Of a DNA stretch of 64,000 bases, positions 38,096-47,894 are shown one piece after another. Source of the DNA: a virus. The stretch's first letter is position 1. Each line of letters starts with the position of its first letter. The notes beneath the pieces are model-generated. The model saw only the letters and a list, made by a program, of their open reading frames with translations, was not told the DNA's origin and did not search any database. The stretch lies in the IMG/VR virus record IMGVR_UViG_3300029305_006397; one strand, written 5' to 3'. The translations under genes and the position numbers were made by a program.

Positions 38096-38307
38096 AAAGA
38101 ATCACCACCGGAAGATGAATTATAGCGACGAACTGCCAACGCATGTGCAAAATTGCTTCTTACTTCTTCAGACATAGAATCGGCCTCTTCAAACCAGAAA
38201 ATATCAGGAGAAGTGGAATGACAGCACGGGCACTGATAATTCTTGTACATTTTATACATCACCACACCTGACGGACAATACGGACACAGAATTTCTTTTT
38301 TATTCAT
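38077..38307 (-). CDS. hypothetical zinc-ribbon protein
   Basis: Start at MNKKEILCPYC (overlaps the upstream stop). Contains CPYC ... CPCC. Confidence 0.5.
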   Translation of the reverse strand: MNKKEILCPYCPSGVVMYKMYKNYQCPCCHSTSPDIFWFEEADSMSEEVRSNFAHALAVRRYNSSSGGDSLWTSHS

Positions 38308-38494
38308 TTTGAACCAACTTCTTTCGTTTAGGATTACAATTAGGACAATATGTAGATTTGCCGATTGACCAACCTTTAGATCGCAAATGTTCTTTAGCTT
38401 CATTCATTGTAACTATTTGAGATGCCCACCATTCACCACATTGATCACAGGAGCAATGAATTTGAGATTCAAAAACAATAGGCATAGATTTCAC
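38300..38494 (-). CDS. hypothetical zinc-ribbon protein
   Basis: 64 aa with CSCDQC ... CPNC. Confidence 0.5.
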   Translation of the reverse strand: MKSMPIVFESQIHCSCDQCGEWWASQIVTMNEAKEHLRSKGWSIGKSTYCPNCNPKRKKLVQNE

Positions 38495-38763
38495 CTCTCG
38501 TGGATAATTATCTCACCTTCAAAAAAGCCATAGGTGCTATCCACAAAATAACGATGGGTTTCCGCAGGATCATCTGCGGGACGCTCCTTGGTTAAAATCC
38601 AAAGATCGTCATCCTTCCAAGTAACAACTTCCAGTTCCTGACCAGCCTGAAGATCTACTTCATAGGTTCCGCCCCAATTTCGAGCAATACTTTGCTGAGT
38701 GCAGCCAGTTAATATCAAAACGAGAGCAAGAAACAAAACAAAGGTTACAATTTTCTTATTCAT
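38491..38763 (-). CDS. putative lipoprotein
   Basis: Start at the ATG at 38763 (SD AAAGGAG). Signal peptide with lipobox: MNKKIVTFVLFLALVLILTGC. Confidence 0.65.
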   Translation of the reverse strand: MNKKIVTFVLFLALVLILTGCTQQSIARNWGGTYEVDLQAGQELEVVTWKDDDLWILTKERPADDPAETHRYFVDSTYGFFEGEIIIHER

Positions 38764-38776
38764 AAAGTCACTCCTT

Positions 38777-39106
38777 TTAGCAATGCGTAATGACCGAATC
38801 CGCATCAGACTCTTCCTTATCCCAGTTATCAATGAGTTTTTGAATGTGTTCGACTTGCTTCTGAAGATAATCCAGATACATATCTTCACAAAACCACATG
38901 GCTTCTTCCAGGGAATCGGCTTCAAAATCGCCAAAGGATAGAATATCTGATGCGTACCACCAACGCCCCTGAACATCTTTATCAGCAGTAAGACTTAAAA
39001 TGTTGCTGCCGATCTGACCGACCCAATAATACATGGCATAAAAGCAACGATCATCTGAAAAGACTTCAAACCAATGCTTATTAATTTGCTTCATGTTTTC
39101 CGGCAT
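38777..39106 (-). CDS. hypothetical protein
   Basis: Start at MPENMKQ (SD GGAGGAAG). Confidence 0.5.
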   Translation of the reverse strand: MPENMKQINKHWFEVFSDDRCFYAMYYWVGQIGSNILSLTADKDVQGRWWYASDILSFGDFEADSLEEAMWFCEDMYLDYLQKQVEHIQKLIDNWDKEESDADSVITHC

Positions 39107-39506
39107 AATATGCTTCCTCCAAAAGATCAGGATTATCAAAAATATTGCCGATAACTTCACCACGAAGGATAAAATTTAAATCTGATAAGGCATAGACGGA
39201 ATCAATCAATCGTTCTTTGCGTCCTACAAAGAAAATTCCTTTGTGATAATAAACTTTCCCAACAGGCTCATTGATATCAAATTGACGAAGTAAAAATGGA
39301 TCAATACGGACAATATCATGTTCACAAACCTCGCAATTGTTTATATCTTTAATACCTATATAGCGTCCAACCGTATCAGGATCGACGGGATAGGCAACAC
39401 CGTTAAGGTCTGTAATAAAATGGCGTTCGTTATTAAGTTTGGTATAACCGCCAAATACCCATTCCCCTCCATTTAAGCGCTTACCGCGACATCTTAAATC
39501 GATCAT
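39081..39506 (-). CDS. YopX family protein
   Basis: G.EWVFGGY ... YIGIKD ... HDIV ... GEVIGNIFDNPDLL matches the YopX pattern. Confidence 0.7.
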   Translation of the reverse strand: MIDLRCRGKRLNGGEWVFGGYTKLNNERHFITDLNGVAYPVDPDTVGRYIGIKDINNCEVCEHDIVRIDPFLLRQFDINEPVGKVYYHKGIFFVGRKERLIDSVYALSDLNFILRGEVIGNIFDNPDLLEEAYYAGKHEAN

Positions 39507-39511
39507 AGAAA

Positions 39512-39727
39512 TTACTCCTTATTCAAGTTGATATATTTACTCAGAAACATATTACAACAATCCGAAAATGAAGATTTATGGTATTGAGATTGATCGTATT
39601 TCAAGCAATGAAATTCAGAGCTGACATGCATTGCTTGAATCAACTTGTCTACCAAGCGTTTATATCTTGCTTCGTGCTGTTGTAAGACAAGAGATGCTTT
39701 GTAAATTTGGCGTTTACGATTGTTCAT
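39512..39727 (-). CDS. hypothetical protein
   Basis: Start at MNNRKRQ (SD GAGAGGTG). Confidence 0.5.
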   Translation of the reverse strand: MNNRKRQIYKASLVLQQHEARYKRLVDKLIQAMHVSSEFHCLKYDQSQYHKSSFSDCCNMFLSKYINLNKE

Positions 39728-39774
39728 ATTGACACCTCTCAACGACAACAAACTATGGACAATATCATGTAAGA

Positions 39775-40251
39775 TCACCTAATCATGGGACGCGGAAAAT
39801 CTGCAAAATGCGTGACGACTATACCATTTCTACCTTCATCTGCAAAATGAGGTTCCCATCGTTCTTCATCCTGACCAGTTTCTTCATTATGCACACAGCG
39901 AAACAATAACCAATCCATACAACAATAGTAAGCATAACGTTCTTCGTCAGGATCAAATGGAATATCATCATACCTAAACATGCAACGACAAAGATAGCGA
40001 CCGAAGTTTTTAAGGTTTTCTGCCTCTTCACGCTTATGCCAAACAAGTTGATTTTTCACATTTGCTTCAAGTTCTTTGATGCACAGCTCTGCATCATTCA
40101 TAAGATGAGAACCAGGTACTTCATCTCGCTTATCATAGCCTTCTTTACATTCGGAATCATAAGGACAGGTTTCGCATGTGGCATCGAAAGGATCGGCACG
40201 ACTACAACAATGCAGTCCAGCTTTAACTCGATCAATTGTCTGTTGATTCAT
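39775..40251 (-). CDS. hypothetical Cys-rich protein
   Basis: 158-aa ORF in the train. Confidence 0.55.
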   Translation of the reverse strand: MNQQTIDRVKAGLHCCSRADPFDATCETCPYDSECKEGYDKRDEVPGSHLMNDAELCIKELEANVKNQLVWHKREEAENLKNFGRYLCRCMFRYDDIPFDPDEERYAYYCCMDWLLFRCVHNEETGQDEERWEPHFADEGRNGIVVTHFADFPRPMIR

Positions 40252-40609
40252 CTTCGACCACCCAAATTCTCAAAGTATTTTCGTCTGCTACAAATTGATC
40301 TATCGGATATTTGAGACAGGAATCCGATAAACGACGCAAAAGAGAATAGGCTTCGCCATATACAACATCGGCATCTTTGTCACCAAATCTCACTTCGACT
40401 TTCTGTGTATCAGGAAGATAATCGAGGAAATCACCAAGGTTCATTCGAGGATAATTCTTAAAATAATGATCTACACCTTGACGGACACGCAAAACATTAA
40501 CCAAATACGCTCCATTGGTATATACGCATTCTGCATCTTTAAATTTTTCATAATTTATAAATTCATCAAAAGTTCTAGGGAAATCCATCTGGGCACCCAT
40601 ATTATTCAC
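40232..40609 (-). CDS. hypothetical protein
   Basis: 125-aa ORF in the train. Confidence 0.55.
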   Translation of the reverse strand: MNNMGAQMDFPRTFDEFINYEKFKDAECVYTNGAYLVNVLRVRQGVDHYFKNYPRMNLGDFLDYLPDTQKVEVRFGDKDADVVYGEAYSLLRRLSDSCLKYPIDQFVADENTLRIWVVEDESTDN

Positions 40610-41012
40610 CTTCTTTATTTTTTTTAGGCAGAGGCATCAAGTTTAGATAATGACGCTTGCCTTTAATTTTCACATATCGACCTTTACGATTGAAATAACA
40701 TTCCTTCATTACGGTAAGATCAGGGTAATACCCATCAACATATCGAAGCGATACAAATCCACCAGCATCGGATACAACCTGAATATTCTCAGCCAAATCA
40801 AAGGGAGTTTTTCGAATATAAGGTCTTTGGCATTTGCCACAAAACATATTGCTTTCTAAATTGGTGTATACAATATCATGGACGCCAAGACTTTTACCGC
40901 AGCATTCGCAGAATAATTCTGCACATCTGTATGGCATTTTATCAGGAGATTCAGCCCATTTGCGACCGCTTTTAATTAGTTTATCTTCCTGTTTTTGCCA
41001 GAGCTTCCCCAT
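40602..41012 (-). CDS. hypothetical zinc-ribbon protein
   Basis: Start at MGKLWQK (SD AAGGAGG). Confidence 0.55.
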   Translation of the reverse strand: MGKLWQKQEDKLIKSGRKWAESPDKMPYRCAELFCECCGKSLGVHDIVYTNLESNMFCGKCQRPYIRKTPFDLAENIQVVSDAGGFVSLRYVDGYYPDLTVMKECYFNRKGRYVKIKGKRHYLNLMPLPKKNKEGE

Positions 41013-41181
41013 ATTCTTCCTCCTTTGCAGCTGCATCTTGAAGTATCCTTTGAGCATCAAGCATATCGCGCAGATAATCTAAATTATCCATGTCAGGATC
41101 GCTGCGAATATCATGAAGTAAATTTATTTCAATGAACAATGCAAGATTTCTGCATTGGCTTTTTGAGAGTTCAACCTTCAT
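40981..41181 (-). CDS. hypothetical protein
   Basis: Start at MKVELSK (SD GAGG). Confidence 0.45.
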   Translation of the reverse strand: MKVELSKSQCRNLALFIEINLLHDIRSDPDMDNLDYLRDMLDAQRILQDAAAKEEEYGEALAKTGR

Positions 41182-41392
41182 TGTCAACCTCATTTCGAGC
41201 AATGCCAGCATTTGCCCACATCACACATTCTTCCAATTTGGTCATAGCCAAAGATTTCTCACGGCTGTCAGGTGTATGCATATCAATCATGTAAGCAAGT
41301 TCCTTAGCTTGTGCCCGAATCATAGCATACTTGGCAGGCTGTCCATCCTTGGATGGATGATATGTAAAGTTATTTTCAATTTGCTGGTTCAT
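41171..41392 (-). CDS. hypothetical protein
   Basis: 73-aa ORF in the train. Confidence 0.5.
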   Translation of the reverse strand: MNQQIENNFTYHPSKDGQPAKYAMIRAQAKELAYMIDMHTPDSREKSLAMTKLEECVMWANAGIARNEVDNEG

Positions 41393-41681
41393 GTATTATG
41401 TCCTCCATTTCATACGAAATAAGCTTTCGTGCAATGCGCTTCCAAAATGCTTCTTTTTTGGGAGTCATTTCTTCTTGAATGTCAATTCTTTTCTCAGCGT
41501 CTTCTTTCAAATAAACCACTTTAGATATGCTTGTGTACATAATTCCACAACGTTGACAAAAATTAGGAAGTGGAACTCCGGCATATGTGCATTTATAGCC
41601 GCAACAGCCACATGTATACAAATTGTTTCTTAAATGAGATTGACTCAAATATCCAAAATCAAGAGCGTTATCAGGTATCAT
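41376..41681 (-). CDS. hypothetical zinc-ribbon protein
   Basis: Start at MIPDNAL (SD GAGG). Contains CGCCGYKC ... CQRC. Confidence 0.45.
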   Translation of the reverse strand: MIPDNALDFGYLSQSHLRNNLYTCGCCGYKCTYAGVPLPNFCQRCGIMYTSISKVVYLKEDAEKRIDIQEEMTPKKEAFWKRIARKLISYEMEDIIHEPAN

Positions 41682-41731
41682 ACTTAGCCTCATAAATCTT
41701 AAAATTAAACCATGGATTATCATGCATATTG

Positions 41732-42160
41732 TCAACGACTAAACTTTTCCTCATTTGTTTCAAACTCCATTTTAATCCCACATTCACTGCAATACTTCTT
41801 TTCAGGCTTTTCCCAACTGCCTTCGGTATGAATTACTTCGCCACACTGAGAACAGCACCATTCATCGCCCCCAAGATGCACCCAATAACCACAATGCACT
41901 TCATCGGCATAATAAACACGGCACTGATTTCCTTGTTTTACAATGATCCTGTTGGCATAAGAGCCAATAGTTTCGGTTGTTATAAACGTTGTATCTCCTT
42001 CATGACATACGGGTTCTACATTCGCTGCCTTTGCAAACCGCATAGTTTCACACATACCGAGGATCGTATTTTGCTTCCATTCAGGTTGATACTTTGCCAT
42101 CAATTTGAAGTCAGTTATCATTTGATCAATGTTGCAATACTTAGGCATACAATCACGCAT
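41732..42160 (-). CDS. hypothetical Cys-rich protein
   Basis: Start at MRDCMPK, overlapping the upstream stop (ATGCGTGA). Confidence 0.5.
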   Translation of the reverse strand: MRDCMPKYCNIDQMITDFKLMAKYQPEWKQNTILGMCETMRFAKAANVEPVCHEGDTTFITTETIGSYANRIIVKQGNQCRVYYADEVHCGYWVHLGGDEWCCSQCGEVIHTEGSWEKPEKKYCSECGIKMEFETNEEKFSR

Positions 42161-42425
42161 CCTTTTCAGCTGAAAATACACAGGTGATATCATTTACGGA
42201 AACATCTCCGTCTATCCACCATGCTTCACCATATTTATTGTGATGATCCGGGAGCTTATACTGAGGAAGATCGGAATCAATTTCGTAAATAACTGTACGA
42301 CCTGTTTTACAGCACCAGGCAAGTGCCGCATTTAACGTGGTAAACCCGCGAACAGGACGATGGATGCAGTTACTTTCACGATAATGCTTTGCTTTCTTAG
42401 GTGTTGTGCAATGATAGATCAGCAT
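42153..42425 (-). CDS. hypothetical protein
   Basis: 90-aa ORF in the train. Confidence 0.5.
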   Translation of the reverse strand: MLIYHCTTPKKAKHYRESNCIHRPVRGFTTLNAALAWCCKTGRTVIYEIDSDLPQYKLPDHHNKYGEAWWIDGDVSVNDITCVFSAEKDA

Positions 42426-42648
42426 GAATGTTTTCCTCCGGATTCAAATTACGTCCACACATGGGACAAAAATTAATGGCGATTGCATCCTGATGATCAT
42501 GCAGGTTATCATAATCATCAGGAAAATGGCGACATCGCAGAAGATGCGCAGCAATTAAACGCATTTCAATTCCGCTATATGCAACCGAATAAGAGTTAAG
42601 AGGTTTACAGGTTTCCGGATCACAATAAGGACAAAATTTCTTGTTCAT
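42397..42648 (-). CDS. hypothetical zinc-ribbon protein
   Basis: 83 aa with CPYC ... CPMC. Confidence 0.5.
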   Translation of the reverse strand: MNKKFCPYCDPETCKPLNSYSVAYSGIEMRLIAAHLLRCRHFPDDYDNLHDHQDAIAINFCPMCGRNLNPEENIHADLSLHNT

Positions 42649-42839
42649 TCAGAGATCAACTCAATTCCATCGCATTCGATAGTTTCACCACATTCTGTAT
42701 AGACATGGCGTTGACATGCTTTGCGAAACAGATCTTCAGCTTTTTCAAGTGCTTCGGCCCTGGAAGACGCGGACACGACAAACTTACGCTTCATAAGTTT
42801 CGTTACGAATGAACCCAGGTGTACTCGATACTTGGACAT
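42645..42839 (-). CDS. hypothetical protein
   Basis: 64-aa ORF in the train. Confidence 0.45.
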   Translation of the reverse strand: MSKYRVHLGSFVTKLMKRKFVVSASSRAEALEKAEDLFRKACQRHVYTECGETIECDGIELISE

Positions 42840-42987
42840 TTGGATTCACCTCTGATCCCTTAGTAGTATTGCTATATGTAAATGTAGGAGTATAACCGCA
42901 GTAAGGACAATACCATTTCCCTTGCGCAGGATAAATGATCTCTATTTCCATAGGAGTGCGGCATTTAGGACAACGAAGAAGTTCCAT
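42784..42987 (-). CDS. hypothetical zinc-ribbon protein
   Basis: 67 aa with CPKC ... CPYC. Confidence 0.45.
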   Translation of the reverse strand: MELLRCPKCRTPMEIEIIYPAQGKWYCPYCGYTPTFTYSNTTKGSEVNPNVQVSSTPGFIRNETYEA

Positions 42988-42998
42988 TAACGATCACC

Positions 42999-43466
42999 TC
43001 ACAAATAAGACCAATGATATCCTTTGGCCGTTCTTTCAGGATTATTACATGCCATCCTAATTGTTGTATGACCGCATCCAAAATGTCTCGCTGCGACTCG
43101 AACTCCATCGAAGATTTTGTTGAGTTCTATACACTTTATTTTGCGCCTGGTTTTTTGCGTCCTATTACCATAATTATTGTTATATTTTGCGGTACACCAT
43201 TCTAAATTACCTGCGCTATCATTATTTTTGCTTTCATCTTTATGATTCACATGAGGTAAGTTATTGGGATTTGGAATAAATGCAATTGCTACAAGGCGGC
43301 AAATCCTGCGGTTATACTGTTTTCCTTTATGACGAAGTGTTACTTGTCGATATCCATCGCGATCATGGCCTCCAATAAGTATGCATCCAGATTGGTTATT
43401 TCTAACTCTTCCTAAATTGGATACACTATAGATAGGAAACTCTTTTATAGTTTTCCAAATTTCCAT
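42999..43466 (-). CDS. HNH homing endonuclease (NUMOD4 + HNH_3 type)
   Basis: MEIWKTIKEFPIYSVSNLGRVRN (NUMOD4-like) and VNHKDESKNNDSAGNLEWCT (HNH). Confidence 0.8.
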   Translation of the reverse strand: MEIWKTIKEFPIYSVSNLGRVRNNQSGCILIGGHDRDGYRQVTLRHKGKQYNRRICRLVAIAFIPNPNNLPHVNHKDESKNNDSAGNLEWCTAKYNNNYGNRTQKTRRKIKCIELNKIFDGVRVAARHFGCGHTTIRMACNNPERTAKGYHWSYL

Positions 43467-44119
43467 TAACGATCACTTTCTGCGTAAACATCGAAGTCAA
43501 ATAAAAGGAATTTCCGAGACGCCAGATAATCACAAAGATGGACAAAATGTTCAATACCATTATTAGGTTTCGGTAAGACAACGCCTTTTGCATAATTGGC
43601 AGTATTAAACTGTCCCATATGAGAAGCGATTGCACCATAGATAACAGGAACAGCATCCTTCAGGACATTTACACGGATTTCGGAAATACCGGAATTAGAG
43701 CGAATATAATTGGCCACCATTTCTTTAAACAGCTTCGCCGCTACGACAGGATGATCAAAGCGAGTGGAATGCTTGGGAGTATCATCGCACTTGCAGCAAT
43801 CATGAAGGATCAATGCAGCATAAGCACAATCTGCCATAAGAGATACCCTGGCCGCATCCGACTTGGCCGCGCAATCTCCAATCATATTGGCAAAGATTTC
43901 AGTTTCAATAAGGCTATGAGCCATACCGACAGCAGCCTTCACATGTCGCATAAGACCACCTTCTCCCAAGGAATAGGCAGGATGATATTTTCCGGAAGAG
44001 GATGCAGGGATGGATACAATTACATCCGGTGCGGCATCAAGAGTAGCAGCAGTGATTGCGCGAATATCAGAATTTTTGATATAGGATAATTCGCGAGTAA
44101 AATTTTCAGATACTTTCAT
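43466..44119 (-). CDS. HD-domain phosphohydrolase
   Basis: H...HD...H pattern: GKYHP, LILHDCCK, IASHMGQF. Confidence 0.6.
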   Translation of the reverse strand: MKVSENFTRELSYIKNSDIRAITAATLDAAPDVIVSIPASSSGKYHPAYSLGEGGLMRHVKAAVGMAHSLIETEIFANMIGDCAAKSDAARVSLMADCAYAALILHDCCKCDDTPKHSTRFDHPVVAAKLFKEMVANYIRSNSGISEIRVNVLKDAVPVIYGAIASHMGQFNTANYAKGVVLPKPNNGIEHFVHLCDYLASRKFLLFDFDVYAESDR

Positions 44120-45310
44120 TTATATGTCTCCTTCGTAAGTAAGAATTTTTATTGCTTTATCGATCTGGTTTAAAACAAATTGTAAATCTTCATGGGTGAT
44201 GTTATCTGGTAATGTGAAACGAATGGTTCTTGCCGCATCCTGATCTGAAAGCCCAATGGCCTTAAGTACATGGGAAGGCTTAATGGATTGGGAATTGCAT
44301 GCCGATCCGGCAGAAGCATAAATACCAGCTGATTCCAATAAAAACAAAAGGGATTCGGAATAAACACCATCAGGAAAAGTGACGTTAATATTGTTTGGCA
44401 ACCTTGTATCATATGAAGCACCATTTAATCTGCAGCCGCGCTTTTCCAAAAGATTGATCATATCTTTTTGTTTTTCACCAAGCTTTGATCTTATTAAAGG
44501 GTTGATACATTCGACCGCTTCTGCAAAAGCCATAATGCCAGGAACATTTTCTGTTCCACCACGCATAGAATCCATTTGGGAACCAAACACCAAAGGTTGA
44601 ATCTGGACGCCATCACGAATATAGAGAAAACCTATTCCTTTTGGAGCACCAATTTTATGACCGGATGCCGACATCATATCGATTCCAAGCTTTTGAACAT
44701 CAATTTCGATATGGCCGAATGCCTGGACAGCATCGGTATGAAAAAGTGCATTCGCATTATAAGAATGAATCAATGTGGCAAGAAACCCGATATGTTGGAT
44801 AGTACCAATTTCATTATTAGCGAACTGAATAGATACCAGAGGATCACGGCATTTATACTTTTCCATGGCTTCACGAAGCGCATTTGTATCGACAAATCCA
44901 TATTGATCAACTGGAAGAATTTCAATGTCCGCAATATTATCCCATGCTTTTACACATTCCAGAATGGATTTATGCTCAATAGCCGTCGTAATAATTACAG
45001 GATAGGTATTTCTATGTGGATCAGACAGACATTTATGGATATAACCCTGGATTGCCCAACAATTAGATTCACTGCCACCGGATGTGAAATAGATTTCGTT
45101 AAGCGACCTAGAATTAATATAATCTGAAGTTACCTTTCTGGCCCTTTCCACTTCACCACGAATCCAATGCGCAGGTTTATAATGAGCAGAAGGATTATGC
45201 CATTTGATATTGATATAATGACTGATAATATCTGCAATCATATTCCGTTTTTCAGGATCAGACATTGAAGTGGCGGCTTCATCAAGATAGATTTCGTGCA
45301 TGAGATTCAC
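44120..45310 (-). CDS. cysteine desulfurase (class V aminotransferase, NifS/IscS-like)
   Basis: PLP-lysine motif SASGHKIGAPKGIG, plus GGTENVPG and the catalytic-Cys loop SAGSACNS. Confidence 0.85.
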   Translation of the reverse strand: MNLMHEIYLDEAATSMSDPEKRNMIADIISHYINIKWHNPSAHYKPAHWIRGEVERARKVTSDYINSRSLNEIYFTSGGSESNCWAIQGYIHKCLSDPHRNTYPVIITTAIEHKSILECVKAWDNIADIEILPVDQYGFVDTNALREAMEKYKCRDPLVSIQFANNEIGTIQHIGFLATLIHSYNANALFHTDAVQAFGHIEIDVQKLGIDMMSASGHKIGAPKGIGFLYIRDGVQIQPLVFGSQMDSMRGGTENVPGIMAFAEAVECINPLIRSKLGEKQKDMINLLEKRGCRLNGASYDTRLPNNINVTFPDGVYSESLLFLLESAGIYASAGSACNSQSIKPSHVLKAIGLSDQDAARTIRFTLPDNITHEDLQFVLNQIDKAIKILTYEGDI

Positions 45311-45503
45311 CTACTTCCTGTTTCATATGTTCAGCAGCTTTGGCAAAAATTTTAGAATAATCACCAGTATGGTCAACCAATTCCACATGATTAAAAGAAT
45401 CAAAAGGACGAAGCTTTAACCGAATCCCATTAAACGCAGTAGATGTAAGCGAATAAACGAATCGATATTTTTCACACAGTTTTCGAAAATGGTCAAAGCT
45501 CAC
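45282..45503 (-). CDS. hypothetical protein
   Basis: 73-aa ORF in the train. Confidence 0.5.
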   Translation of the reverse strand: MSFDHFRKLCEKYRFVYSLTSTAFNGIRLKLRPFDSFNHVELVDHTGDYSKIFAKAAEHMKQEVGESHARNLS

Positions 45504-46015
45504 TTGGCAGACACCTTCTTATTAGGTTTGCCGGACAGGCTAGAAATTGCATGACGAATGCTTTCATGTGCATCGCGAAGCATTTTCAGATTAGAATCGA
45601 GTTCTGTTTCCTTCTGAGTAAAAGCCTTATCGGTAGCACGAAGCTGTGCAAGGCTAATGCCCTTTTTCAAAGAAAATTCGTCATCTGCATGACAGGACGC
45701 CTCACCACGAATGTCATCCATGAATTTAAATTGTACCTTTTTATTGTTAGTACGATAAAATCCATATGTAGCGCCATCGGCTCCAATCGCAGGTTCCCAA
45801 GGCGTCCAGGTTCGATTTAATTGAATGATTTCCGGCTTCACAAAGTATTCATTAACTACATTCACATCAATTGCCGCCAATGCAACCTTAGAAACACGAT
45901 CACGAATAATAATGGAAGTTTCGGTGATATTGCCGATCTCATAAGTTTCGCCGACAATCAGTTTGCCCTGATAAGACTTAATAAGAACAACCTTATCATT
46001 TTTAAAAAGAGTCAT
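45500..46015 (-). CDS. hypothetical protein
   Basis: 171-aa ORF in the train. Confidence 0.55.
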   Translation of the reverse strand: MTLFKNDKVVLIKSYQGKLIVGETYEIGNITETSIIIRDRVSKVALAAIDVNVVNEYFVKPEIIQLNRTWTPWEPAIGADGATYGFYRTNNKKVQFKFMDDIRGEASCHADDEFSLKKGISLAQLRATDKAFTQKETELDSNLKMLRDAHESIRHAISSLSGKPNKKVSAK

Positions 46016-46021
46016 TGATTG

Positions 46022-46837
46022 TTACCTCCTAATGAAAAAATTGCGTGTGGTAGTAATGGTCATTCCAGCATGGGAACGATTTCTATTTTTTCGACGCCTT
46101 CGATATCTAGTATTTGAATCATCATCTTCGAGCCAGTTATTTTCGAGATAATAAAACCCCGTAACAATAGCTGTTATAAGAATAATCCATACGACCCAGA
46201 ACACGATTAATTCAGAGCCGGATTCCAAGTGGCTAATGGTTTGATCAATATCAAAACCATAATAGAACTCGGTATTTTGAATATCGGAATCTGCAAGATT
46301 GGCATAAAGAGTTCCAATGCATGATACAGGTGTACCATAATACACATAGCGGATACGAGATGATTCTTTTATGGTATCAATATGAGACATGGATGGAAGT
46401 TCAATAACACCATAATCAAACGGAACATTTAGAAAAGCGATCTGATCGGTATGCTTGGATTCGGACGATACATAATCCCAAGACCAATATGTGCGAGTGC
46501 GCACTTGAGGCTTGCCATTTACCATAACGGTATAGGTCTGTGTATGCCTGGTATATCGTTCTTTTACTTTTTTAAGCTGCGCATATTCGCCGCCAATTTC
46601 AGGGTAAGTAACGGGATTCAACGCTTTCAACTCGCCATAAACAAAAGCATTACCGATATTGGTACGCATACCATACTCAAATTCAGATTGATCATTTACA
46701 ATTTGCAGTGCAGTATTATAATCCTGATATTTAAGCATTAATGCATTATCAATAGACTGATGGATGATCAAGCCGATTAAAAGCATGATCAGAATGATTG
46801 AAATACTGAGTAAGACTTCCCTGCGTGTTATCTTCAT
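46022..46837 (-). CDS. hypothetical membrane protein
   Basis: N-terminal and C-terminal hydrophobic segments. Immediately downstream of the LemA gene. Confidence 0.55.
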   Translation of the reverse strand: MKITRREVLLSISIILIMLLIGLIIHQSIDNALMLKYQDYNTALQIVNDQSEFEYGMRTNIGNAFVYGELKALNPVTYPEIGGEYAQLKKVKERYTRHTQTYTVMVNGKPQVRTRTYWSWDYVSSESKHTDQIAFLNVPFDYGVIELPSMSHIDTIKESSRIRYVYYGTPVSCIGTLYANLADSDIQNTEFYYGFDIDQTISHLESGSELIVFWVVWIILITAIVTGFYYLENNWLEDDDSNTRYRRRRKNRNRSHAGMTITTTRNFFIRR

Positions 46838-46840
46838 ATA

Positions 46841-47377
46841 TTAATCCTCAAAGAGCTTGTAAGAGGGATCATATGTAATTTCAAATTCCAATTCAGGGTA
46901 AGACTGAACTTCATAACCGAGCAAGCCCAGAATCGGCGCATTGGGGAACTGGCGCACATAAATCTTGTACTTATTGGCCCAGGTATTGTAATTTCCGCGT
47001 ACTTTGGCAATGATATTTTCAGTTACGGAAAGTTCGTTCATAAGTTCTCTGTAATTCGTTGCAGACTTAAGTTCGGGATATTCTTCTGCGACTGCATTAA
47101 TCATGGTTTTGATTTGAGAAACAGATTCATCGTTTACGCCGCGCATTTCAATAATCGCATTGAGCGTATCATACTCAAACTTATCATATTCTTTAACGCA
47201 CTCAACGAGCTTGGGAATGAGGTCGTTGCGGCGCTTTTCCTGAACAGCGATTTCTGCTTCGGCGATGGATACCTGGCCTTCATAAGAAATGGCTTTATTC
47301 TGAATGCCGAAGATAGCGAAAGTAGATACGAGAATAAGAGACAGGACAATTGCGAAAATGATCAGAAACTTCTTCAT
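46841..47377 (-). CDS. LemA family protein
   Basis: N-terminal TM segment followed by QEKRRNDLIPKLVECVKEY..FEYDTL, the LemA pattern. Confidence 0.7.
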   Translation of the reverse strand: MKKFLIIFAIVLSLILVSTFAIFGIQNKAISYEGQVSIAEAEIAVQEKRRNDLIPKLVECVKEYDKFEYDTLNAIIEMRGVNDESVSQIKTMINAVAEEYPELKSATNYRELMNELSVTENIIAKVRGNYNTWANKYKIYVRQFPNAPILGLLGYEVQSYPELEFEITYDPSYKLFED

Positions 47378-47395
47378 GAGATTAAACCTCCATTT

Positions 47396-47605
47396 TTAAA
47401 GATTATTAGGATTACGCAGTGGCGGATAATCGTTTTGGCCGAGTGAATATTCCATTAAAGCAATGTTATATTCATGGGTTCGGATTGCGCCATCCGACAG
47501 ACAGCTGCGATTCTTTTCAAGATAGGCTTTGTTGGTTGCCAGACGGCGCTCTACATAGCGAATACAGCGGGCGGCAATCTCCATTGATTCAAGAAACTTA
47601 TCCAT
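47396..47605 (-). CDS. hypothetical protein
   Basis: 69-aa ORF in the train. Confidence 0.5.
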   Translation of the reverse strand: MDKFLESMEIAARCIRYVERRLATNKAYLEKNRSCLSDGAIRTHEYNIALMEYSLGQNDYPPLRNPNNL

Positions 47606-47615
47606 AAGAACTCCT

Positions 47616-47885
47616 TCAACTTATCGTAGAATTGCTTATTGTTGAATTGCTAATAGGTTCAATTTTTGTAGCGCCACAAATACTACAACGATAGTGATTG
47701 CCAAGTGTTGAAAAGCTCACCCATTCCCAAATACATGGTTCAAGACCTGTATGACCTGGGAATGTTTTGCCTGTTTCCATTTCAGAAGGAGGATAAAAGA
47801 CGGCTGTCGAAATGCGTTCACATTCGATATTACGCTTTTCACACCAACCGCAGGGCAGTTTATATTTGCATTCAGTTGTAATCAT
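47616..47885 (-). CDS. hypothetical Cys-rich protein
   Basis: 89 aa with a C-terminal ISNSTISNSTIS tandem repeat. Confidence 0.5.
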   Translation of the reverse strand: MITTECKYKLPCGWCEKRNIECERISTAVFYPPSEMETGKTFPGHTGLEPCIWEWVSFSTLGNHYRCSICGATKIEPISNSTISNSTIS

Positions 47886-47894
47886 AGAGTTACC

